64,000 nucleotides of DNA from an uncultured candidate division Zixibacteria bacterium (GTDB taxonomy: Bacteria; Zixibacteria; MSB-5A5; GN15; PGXB01). The notes beneath the pieces are model-generated. The model was not told the origin of the DNA, did not search any database, and saw nothing but the letters and a program-made list of their open reading frames with translations. Every line of letters begins with the position of its first letter. Positions within the stretch are counted from its first letter, which is position 1. The DNA is taken from positions 192,001 to 256,000 of the forward strand of contig OY969724.1 of the NCBI GenBank assembly GCA_963702205.1, read 5' to 3'. Positions 56,338 through 64,000 of this stretch are shown piece by piece. The translations under genes were made by a program, and so were the position numbers.

Positions 56338-57315
56338 ATGAACCAAAGGAGATTTTTTACAGTACCAATCCTGATCGCTTTGGCGGCGCTCTTCATATTA
56401 AGCGGGCCCGCGCCCGTGAAAGCTGATTCCGATCAGGGTTATCTGGGGGTCTATCCGCAGACCATCGACAAGGACTTGAAAGAGGCATTTAAACTGAACT
56501 CCGACCACGGAGTAATAATCAAAGGCGTGGAAAACGACTCCCCGGCCGATAAAGCCGGTATCAAGCAGGGCGATATATTGCTGGAATACAACGGTCAGGA
56601 TCTGGCAAGTGCCGATGACCTCGTACGCCTGGTGCACAATGACAAACCCGGTCAAAAAGTCGACCTGGTAGTTCTCCACAAAGGCAAAGAGAAAAACGTC
56701 TCGTTGGAATTGGGCGATGCCAATCAGTATGCCGACAATGATATGCGATCCTTCTTCGGTCCGGGCGGCCATATGGCTCCCGGTGTGCATTCCTTCAGCA
56801 AAACCTGGTCGTCCGACAACTCATCCTTAACCGACACCTATATCGGCGTGGAGCTGTCCAGCCTGTCCGAGCAGCTCGGGCAGTACTTCGGGGTCGACAA
56901 CGGCGATGGCGCTCTCGTCACGACGGTCATGGATGATTCCCCGGCTCAGAAGAGCGGCATCAAGGCCGGTGACGTTATCGTCGACATCGATGGCAGTCAG
57001 ATCGACAGCCCGTCCGACGTCCAGCAAATAGTCCGCAAGGCCAATAAAGGCGATGAACTGGCGGTGACGGTCCTGCGCGACAAGAGCCGTCAAAAGATAG
57101 ATATCGAAGTCGCCGAAAACGAAAACATGAGCTTCATGAACCCGGACCAGTTCAACTGGAACGATAACAATTTCCCGTTCTTCGCTCCCCAGATGAACGG
57201 CCTGTTCCGGGGCAACTTCGACAGCAACACGCAAAACGACAACCAAAGCCTTCGTAAAGAAATCGAAGCTTTGAAAAAGGAAGTCCAGGACCTTAAGGAC
57301 CAGGTAGGCAAATAA
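56338..57315 (+). CDS. Exported protein with two PDZ domains
   Basis: GYLGV / TYIGV and DSPA.K.GIK.GD twice; no protease domain seen. Confidence 0.88.
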   Translation: MNQRRFFTVPILIALAALFILSGPAPVKADSDQGYLGVYPQTIDKDLKEAFKLNSDHGVIIKGVENDSPADKAGIKQGDILLEYNGQDLASADDLVRLVHNDKPGQKVDLVVLHKGKEKNVSLELGDANQYADNDMRSFFGPGGHMAPGVHSFSKTWSSDNSSLTDTYIGVELSSLSEQLGQYFGVDNGDGALVTTVMDDSPAQKSGIKAGDVIVDIDGSQIDSPSDVQQIVRKANKGDELAVTVLRDKSRQKIDIEVAENENMSFMNPDQFNWNDNNFPFFAPQMNGLFRGNFDSNTQNDNQSLRKEIEALKKEVQDLKDQVGK

Positions 57316-57360
57316 ACACCCTTCAGTCAAGTTATCCTCAATGCGGGGATAACGGCAGAG

Positions 57361-57392
57361 ACCCCGGTATTCGGTTGTGCCGGGGTTTTTTT
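57361..57392 (+). terminator. Intrinsic terminator
   Basis: CCCCGGTA...TGCCGGGG followed by T7. Confidence 0.75.
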
Positions 57393-57449
57393 ATTGGCGT
57401 CTGAGATTTGTAAATTATATTATGGAAAAACCATTTTCGAGGATAAGCC

Positions 57450-58418
57450 ATGCCGCAACTGACGGTTGAAAAACTATATAAAGAACGCAAAGACTTCTTT
57501 GACCTTACCCTGCTCAATTCCGAAAAGGGCCTCAAGAAAAAACTCGTCAATTCCGAGATTCACAGGCCGGGACTGGCCCTGACCGGATTTTTCGAGCGCT
57601 TCCCCAACCGGAGGACACAGGTGCTGGGTCAGACCGAAATCACCTACGTTTCTCAATGGTCGCCGGACACGCTTCAGGAGCGCACCCAGCAACTGTTCGC
57701 CCAAAACGTCCCGCTGATGATTATCTCCAAGGGCATCACGCCGCCGATCGAATTTCTCGCGATCGCCGACAAGTACGAAACCGCCGTCTTTTCATCGCGG
57801 TTGAGCACGTCGGAGTTGACCAACCGGCTGGCAGCGTACCTCGATGTCATCTTCGCCCCGTCGATCACCCGCCACGGGACACTGGTCGACGTGTACGGTG
57901 TCGGGTTGTTGTACACCGGTAAGTCGGGCATCGGTAAATCCGAAGTCGCTCTCGACCTGATTGAGCGCGGACATCGGCTGGTGGCCGACGACGTCATCCG
58001 CATCACCCGCAAATCGGCCGACCTCGTGGTCGGGACCGGCTCGGAACTGCTGGGGCATCACATGGAAATCCGCGGTATCGGCATTATCGACGTGGAGAAG
58101 CTGTTCGGTATACGCGGTATCAGGATTCAGAAGCGCATTGAAGTCGAAGTGCACCTGTCGCACTGGTCTGAGGATCAGGAGTACGAGCGTCTCGGGGCCG
58201 AGGATCGTCATACGACCATACTGGGCGTCCCGATTCCGCTGGTGGACATCCCGATTTCCCCCGGGAAGAACATCACGGTGATATCCGAAGTCATCGCGAT
58301 GAATCATATGCTGAAAGTGTACGGTGAAAATACGGCGGCGGAATTTTCGAAACGGCTCGCCGAGCGCATCCATCGCCAGACCATGACCCGCGAATATCTC
58401 GAATCGGATTACGAGTAA
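57450..58418 (+). CDS. hprK: HPr kinase/phosphorylase
   Basis: RPGLAL.G, GKSGIGKSE, LVADD, MEIRGIGII. Confidence 0.97.
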   Translation: MPQLTVEKLYKERKDFFDLTLLNSEKGLKKKLVNSEIHRPGLALTGFFERFPNRRTQVLGQTEITYVSQWSPDTLQERTQQLFAQNVPLMIISKGITPPIEFLAIADKYETAVFSSRLSTSELTNRLAAYLDVIFAPSITRHGTLVDVYGVGLLYTGKSGIGKSEVALDLIERGHRLVADDVIRITRKSADLVVGTGSELLGHHMEIRGIGIIDVEKLFGIRGIRIQKRIEVEVHLSHWSEDQEYERLGAEDRHTTILGVPIPLVDIPISPGKNITVISEVIAMNHMLKVYGENTAAEFSKRLAERIHRQTMTREYLESDYE

Positions 58419-58494
58419 GTACAATTAATATTGTACGAGTATGTACAATCTGTTCTCTTGCGTCAGGTCACACCCATAAGAATGGCCAGGACCT

Positions 58495-58715
58495 GACGCA
58501 ACTTTGTTAACCTTAAATTGTCTGCGGCGGCAGATGCCCTCGTCTGCTCCATTTCCGTGCGTACACCAAACGCCCGGGCACTTGTGGACAAGTGCCGCGC
58601 ACAATATGTAGCGGACCCGACGCAACTTTGTTAACCCCAAATTGTTTGCGGCGGCAGATGTCCACATCTGCCCCATTTCCGCGCGCACACCAAACGCTCG
58701 GGCACTTGTGGACAA
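58495..58715. repeat. Two ~97-bp imperfect direct repeats (124-bp period)
   Basis: GACGCAACTTTGTTAACC...GGGCACTTGTGGACAA at 58495 and 58619. Confidence 0.85.
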
Positions 58716-58796
58716 TTCTTCGAAGGATATTTTAAGCAAGGGAATTATCAGAGGGATTGGGGTTCAATAGAGCCGTTGTTATTCAACGGTGATTTC

Positions 58797-59603
58797 GGTG
58801 AATAGGAAGATGTCGAAACCGCAGGGGTTTCGACCTACTGAGACTCACAATGTCATTCCCGACCTGATCGGGAATCCAGTTCCTGATTGTCTATAATAGA
58901 CATATCGTTCCATTATTCATTATAAGGCATAATGCCCGTTACGATTACGTCAAAGTGGGTTCGAATTTGAAAATACATAAATTTAATGCTCGCGCCGTCA
59001 CCGATATTACTTTCGGACTTCCCCAATGCCGTCGATTTATATTCAATCCGACGGTTGACGATAATTTGTTTTTCTGATGAAGACATCATGACACTCCTTT
59101 TATAAAAGGGAGCGTCCTGAATTACCTATGGGTTGGTAGGGAAATTGTGTTTATCTTTGTAATAATTATCTTAGCAGGTCGAAACCCCTGCGGTTTCGAC
59201 ATCTTTTTGTGCAAAAATCGACTTTTTCAAAAAGCCGTCTCTATAATTGACACCTGCGCATATTTCAATTCTTTGACATCCTCAAATACCAAAACCCCTT
59301 CGATAATTAATACGCCGTCCCAATAACCAAAATGCACCAATATTCTTCATCCGGCAATCTTGTAGGTCGACCTACAAAGACTATGGTGAATAGGAAAATG
59401 TTGAAAGCGCAGGACTTTCGACATACGAAGACTTCGTTTGTGTATCCAAGGGATTCAGAAAAACAAAGGACTGGATTCCCGATCAGGTCGGGAATGACAT
59501 TGTAGGTGATTTCAGTAGGTCAGGTGCCATGCCGAAGGTCCTGAGCCTTGCGATGGGTGCTCCTGACAAGAATATCGTCAAGCCACAAGTGGGTCTGACC
59601 TAC
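58797..59603. repeat. Cluster of REP-like palindromes in inverted pairs
   Basis: 58809-58836 is inverted at 59176-59203; 58847-58880 is inverted at 59470-59503; degenerate copy near 59385. Confidence 0.8.
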
Positions 59604-59687
59604 GAAGAATAAGCCGGCCAAATTTATATTGACTTTCAAGACGGCTCGGGCGTTTAATATTCATGATTTGCATTCAGGGAGGATATA

Positions 59688-60680
59688 ATGTCCGAGTTTC
59701 GTCAAAATCGAGCCACCAAAGAGTGGGTTATTATAGCGCCGGGCCGTGGTAAAAGGCCGTCGGATTTCGCCAATGAAGCGGTCAAACGCAAACCCTCGCC
59801 GGAATACAGCGAAAGCTGCCCCTTCTGCCCCGGTCACGAGGCACACACGCCGGACCCGGTATTCCAGATGACCCACGCCGGCCACTGGAAACTCCGAGTA
59901 GTCCCGAACCGCTATGCCGCGCTGTCGCCGGACAAGCCCACCGAAAGGCGCTTCACCGGTTCGTTTCTTTCGGCCGAAGGTTACGGGATCGCCGAGGTCA
60001 TAATCGAAAGCCCGACCCACAACAAGACCATCGCGACCATGTCGGTCAACGAAGTAACCGACGTGATTTCGGCCTACCGCGAACGCCAGCGCGAAATTTC
60101 GCAAAACGGAAATATCAACCTGGTCACGATCTTCCGCAATCACGGCCCCCGCGCGGGGACGTCGCTCGAGCACCCGCACTCGCAGTTGATCGCGACGCCG
60201 ATCGTGCCGCCGCACGTGCGCTATCCGCTGGAGCAGGCGGTTTTGCACTACGACAAGTACGGCACCTGTGTGTACTGCGATAACGTCACCGAGGAGCTCG
60301 AACAGCAGGAAAGAATCATTTTCGAGACGCCGAATTTCGTGGTCTTCTGCCCCTATGCGGCCAATTCACCGTTCGAAACGCGGATATACCCGAAACGTCA
60401 CCAGGCCAGTTTCATGTCGATCAACGACGAGGACGTCGCCGAACTGGCCGGGGCGCTTCAGAAGATTATCGTAAAAATGTACGTCCTTTTGGGCGATCCC
60501 GATTATAATTATATCATTCGCTCGGCCCCGGTCGGCGACGAGCACAGCCGCTACCTGCACTGGTACATGATCATCATACCCAAGATATCGACTCCGGCGG
60601 GGTTCGAGATCGGGTCAGGGATTTATATCAACACGGTCCCGCCCGAAGAAGCTGCGAAATTTCTTCGGGAAGTTTCATGA
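59688..60680 (+). CDS. galT: Galactose-1-phosphate uridylyltransferase
   Basis: R.KRP, CPFCPG, F.NHG..AG.SL.HPHSQ, AGFE. Confidence 0.95.
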   Translation: MSEFRQNRATKEWVIIAPGRGKRPSDFANEAVKRKPSPEYSESCPFCPGHEAHTPDPVFQMTHAGHWKLRVVPNRYAALSPDKPTERRFTGSFLSAEGYGIAEVIIESPTHNKTIATMSVNEVTDVISAYRERQREISQNGNINLVTIFRNHGPRAGTSLEHPHSQLIATPIVPPHVRYPLEQAVLHYDKYGTCVYCDNVTEELEQQERIIFETPNFVVFCPYAANSPFETRIYPKRHQASFMSINDEDVAELAGALQKIIVKMYVLLGDPDYNYIIRSAPVGDEHSRYLHWYMIIIPKISTPAGFEIGSGIYINTVPPEEAAKFLREVS

Positions 60681-60694
60681 AGGTTCCAATGCAT

Positions 60695-60722
60695 AAAAAA
60701 ACCCCGATTTTAGTCGGGGTTT
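60695..60722. terminator. Bidirectional terminator
   Basis: A-run, CCCCGA/TCGGGG stem, T-run between convergent genes. Confidence 0.75.
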
Positions 60723-60811
60723 AATGTGTATCTACAATCCGTTATGCCGATATCGGCATAGTTATTGAGTAAGCGGCCGATTATACGGCCGAATAAATGT
60801 CAAATCATGGA

Positions 60812-61087
60812 TTAGTAGCGGCGGTTGTTCCGGTTACCGCTGTCCGGGCGCGGGCGTGCTTCACTGATGTTCATTGCGCGTCCGTCCATCTCTTTGCTGT
60901 TAAGCCCTTCGATGGCGGCTTTGGCTTCGCTGTCACTGGACATCTCGACGAATCCAAATCCTTTGGCTCTGCCGGTATCTCTGTCCGTAATGATGTTGAC
61001 GCTGGTTACTTCGCCATAGCTTTCGAAAGCCTGACGAATTTGATCTTCGGTCGTATCGAACGACATGTTGCCTACATAGATTTTCAT
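60812..61087 (-). CDS. RRM RNA-binding protein
   Basis: IYVGNM (RNP2) and KGFGFVEM (RNP1). Confidence 0.95.
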   Translation of the reverse strand: MKIYVGNMSFDTTEDQIRQAFESYGEVTSVNIITDRDTGRAKGFGFVEMSSDSEAKAAIEGLNSKEMDGRAMNISEARPRPDSGNRNNRRY

Positions 61088-61451
61088 TCTATGCTCCATT
61101 CTTCGCTTATCCCGGCCGCTGATTTCGTCAAACGAAATCACGGCATACGAGATAAACAATTCATGCGCGTAATTGCGCGTCGGTCCCGGGATTCAGCTTT
61201 TTATGGAGTACGTAAGAAACAAGATCGTCTTCATCAAAGCAGAGGCGGAAACGAATTCTAACGATTAAGTATATCGTCATTTACATATAAAGTCAACACA
61301 TATTTGGAGCAATTAGTTTCAATATATTTTTAAAAGGCCGGCAGTTTATTCGCTGAAAACTATGCAATGCATTCTCCGGCATGGCATTAAAGGAATTGTC
61401 CGGCAATAAAAAAACCGCCCGAAGGCGGCTTTGAATTTCGGGAATTATGGT

Positions 61452-61940
61452 CTAATTCCATGTAAACGGGTAAGCGCTGTTGTCGAGCTTGATGCCGACC
61501 GTATCGGCGCCGTCGGTCACGACCTGTACCTGATAGATGATATACCGCTGTCCCCCGTTCATCCAACCACCGGAAATGGAGGATTTGGGGTTGTACATAA
61601 TCCAGTTACCCGATGATCTGAACGACCAGGACCCGTCGGGTGTATTGGCCACCGTAACCGGATCGTTGGCACCTTTGTAATTGGCCGGGACGTTGGAAAG
61701 ATCATCGAACGGATTGTGGACGGCTACCGTCCCGCCGTTGAGGAACTGACGGGCGGTGTACATCGACATGGCCGACTCGAGGGACGCAACCATGTTGGCG
61801 ACGGAAGCCTGTTCGGCTTCCTGTGTCACCGAAAACAGTTTGGGGATTGCCACTGCCGCCAGAATACCGAGGATGACGATAATGACAACCAGTTCGACCA
61901 GCGTAAAACCACGTTTGGATTGCAACAACTTTATAGACAT
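61452..61940 (-). CDS. Prepilin-type N-terminal cleavage/methylation protein
   Basis: KRG-FTLVELVVIIVILGILAAVAIP. Confidence 0.92.
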   Translation of the reverse strand: MSIKLLQSKRGFTLVELVVIIVILGILAAVAIPKLFSVTQEAEQASVANMVASLESAMSMYTARQFLNGGTVAVHNPFDDLSNVPANYKGANDPVTVANTPDGSWSFRSSGNWIMYNPKSSISGGWMNGGQRYIIYQVQVVTDGADTVGIKLDNSAYPFTWN

Positions 61941-62066
61941 ATCCAACTCCAGGATGAAATAATTTTTATTATTTCTCCAATTATCGGAAAGATTCGTGAG
62001 TTATTTAGGGAAAAACCTCCGGTGATTCAACCTGTTGTCACTCACAACTTTACAAAATGGACAGGA

Positions 62067-64000
62067 TCAGTCCGGCTGAGACCTCATGGACAACGAAATG
62101 CGTTTGCGGGCGACGTCTATGTCAAGAACTCGGACGGTTACCTTCTGATGGACCTTGACAATTTCGGCCGGGTCCTTGACAAAGCGGTCGGCCAGTTCGC
62201 TGATGTGCACGAGGCCGTCGTTGTGAACGCCGATATCGACAAAGGCCCCGAAGGCGGCGACGTTGGTGACAATCCCCGGCAGAACCATGCCGACCTGGAG
62301 GTCTTCGACGCCGTTAACCGATTCCTCGAAACTGAAAGATTCGTACTCGGCGCGCGGATCGCGGCCCGGTTTGGCGAGTTCATCCATAATGTCGTTCAAC
62401 GTCGGGAGTCCGACGGTCTCGGTGGCGTAGTTTTTCAAGGCTATTTTTTCACGCAGTTTTGCATCGTGCATGAGGTCAGTTACGGTACAGCCGAGATCGT
62501 CGGCCATTTTTTCGACGATATGATAGCTCTCCGGGTGGACGGCGCTTTTGTCCAGCGGATTTTTCGATTCGGCGATGCGCAGAAACCCGGCCGCCTGCTC
62601 GTATGCTTTCGGTCCGAGGCGCGGCACTTTCCTGAGTTTGTCCCGCGAGACAAACGGTCCGTTGTCGCGCCGGAAGTCGATAACATTTTGAGCCAGGACC
62701 GGGCCGAGCCCGGAGACGTACGTTAATAGCTGTTTGCTGGCGGTGTTGACTTCCACTCCGACAGCGTTGACGCAGCTTACGACGGTATCATCGAGGCTTT
62801 GTTTGAGTGCGGTCTGGTCGACGTCGTGCTGGTACTGACCGACCCCGATGGATTTCGGGTCGATTTTAACCAGTTCCGCCAGGGGGTCCATCAGGCGGCG
62901 GCCGATCGAAACCGCACCGCGCACGGTGACGTCGTAGTCGGAAAATTCCTCGCGCGCCACCTCGGACGCGGAGTATACCGAGGCGCCGGCTTCGCTGACC
63001 GACTCGATCGAAATGTGCTCCGGCAGTCCGATTTCGCGGACAAATTTTTCGGTCTCGCGGCTGGCGGTGCCATTGCCGATGGCAATCACCTTGATTTTAT
63101 ACTTATCGCACAGGGCTTTGACATCAACGGCGGCGTCGCGGCGCTGTTTGTCGCTGCCGTGGGGATATATGGTCAGATTGTGTTCGAGGCCGCCCTGATC
63201 ATCGAGACAGACGACCTTACAGCCGGTGCGAAAACCGGGATCGATGGCGAGGATGTTTTTCCGTCCCAGCGGCGGGGCCATGAGAAGTTCGCGCAGGTTC
63301 GACGCAAAAACGCGGATGGCCTCGGTGTCGGCCTCCGTCCGGGACTGGACGCGGGCCTCGGTTTCCATGGCCGGGCCGAGCAGGCGTTTGTAGCCGTCGG
63401 CGATGGCGAGACGAACCTGTTCGGTGCAGGTATTGTCGGAAATTAAAAAGACTTTTTCGATAATGTCGATGGCTTCAATTTCGTCGGGTTCGATTTTGAA
63501 CGACAGAACGCCTTCGGCTTCACCGCGACGGATCGCCAGAACGCGGTGCGACGGGGCGTCGGCCAGTGGTTCCTCCCACTCGAAATAATCTGAAAATTTC
63601 GCCCCGGATTCTTCTTTACCCGATAAGACCCTGGAACGTATGAAGGCGCGTTTCAGGAACAAATCACGCAGCTTGGCGCGGACGTCCGCGTCCTCGTTGA
63701 TCCAGGCGGCGATAATATCGCGCGCACCCGAGAGGGCATCGTCGATGGTCAGGACTTCCTTTTCAGGATCGATATATTTTTCGGCCTCTTTTTCGGCATT
63801 GATGCCTTCCTCCTGCGCGAAAATCAGCTCGGCCAGAGGCTGGAGGCCTTTTTCAACTGCGATGGTCGCCCGCGTGCGCCTTTTGGGTTTGAATGGAAGA
63901 TAGATATCCTCCAGCTCGGCCATCGACGAGGCCGCATCGATTTTGGCCTTCAGTTCATCGGTAAGGAGCTCACGCTCTTCGAGCGATTTCAAGATAGCTT
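62067..64000 (-). CDS. tex: Tex family protein (5' end outside the window)
   Basis: LEDIYLPFKPKRRTRA, IDPGFRTGCK, IGVGQYQHDV, C-terminal S1 domain. Confidence 0.96.
   Translation of the reverse strand, partial: AILKSLEERELLTDELKAKIDAASSMAELEDIYLPFKPKRRTRATIAVEKGLQPLAELIFAQEEGINAEKEAEKYIDPEKEVLTIDDALSGARDIIAAWINEDADVRAKLRDLFLKRAFIRSRVLSGKEESGAKFSDYFEWEEPLADAPSHRVLAIRRGEAEGVLSFKIEPDEIEAIDIIEKVFLISDNTCTEQVRLAIADGYKRLLGPAMETEARVQSRTEADTEAIRVFASNLRELLMAPPLGRKNILAIDPGFRTGCKVVCLDDQGGLEHNLTIYPHGSDKQRRDAAVDVKALCDKYKIKVIAIGNGTASRETEKFVREIGLPEHISIESVSEAGASVYSASEVAREEFSDYDVTVRGAVSIGRRLMDPLAELVKIDPKSIGVGQYQHDVDQTALKQSLDDTVVSCVNAVGVEVNTASKQLLTYVSGLGPVLAQNVIDFRRDNGPFVSRDKLRKVPRLGPKAYEQAAGFLRIAESKNPLDKSAVHPESYHIVEKMADDLGCTVTDLMHDAKLREKIALKNYATETVGLPTLNDIMDELAKPGRDPRAEYESFSFEESVNGVEDLQVGMVLPGIVTNVAAFGAFVDIGVHNDGLVHISELADRFVKDPAEIVKVHQKVTVRVLDIDVARKRISLSMRSQPD

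Noticed and set aside
58495..58715. CRISPR array
   Set aside because: Only two long imperfect repeats, with no repeat-spacer series

Overview
About 55 kb (1 to ~54,990) is one GC-rich prophage with a contractile tail, almost entirely on the minus strand, next to the 3' end of a host tRNA-Asn(GTT). Its far end lies beyond position 1. In the direction of transcription the order is: DUF2924-like gene and large serine recombinase; LexA-like repressor; phage sigma factor; recombination/replication genes (PD-(D/E)XK nuclease, AAA, SSB-like, ERCC4, RecD2, primase-helicase); an iteron-rich candidate origin; Mor/C-like HTH; terS; an opposite-strand Xer-like cassette with a dif-like site; terL; portal; head; tail; lysis; baseplate. 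The last ~9 kb is host DNA (PDZ protein, hprK, REP-like repeats, galT, RRM protein, prepilin-like protein, tex). Most notable: (1) a head module that appears to carry enzymes, namely a 1287-aa double adenine-MTase/prohead protease/scaffold fusion and a ~1520-aa MuF protein with HeH repeats, a HipA-like kinase and an ART-like C-terminus, followed by two small coupled genes; (2) nine copies of a fixed-spacing bipartite motif (CCGAC-N15-CCGGTARRTA) ahead of transcription units, probably the phage sigma factor's promoter; (3) a -1 frameshift in the tail chaperone, a broken gpD-like hub gene, a glycosyltransferase in the spike module and structured RNA leaders. All protein assignments come from motif recognition and gene order by eye; no searches were run.
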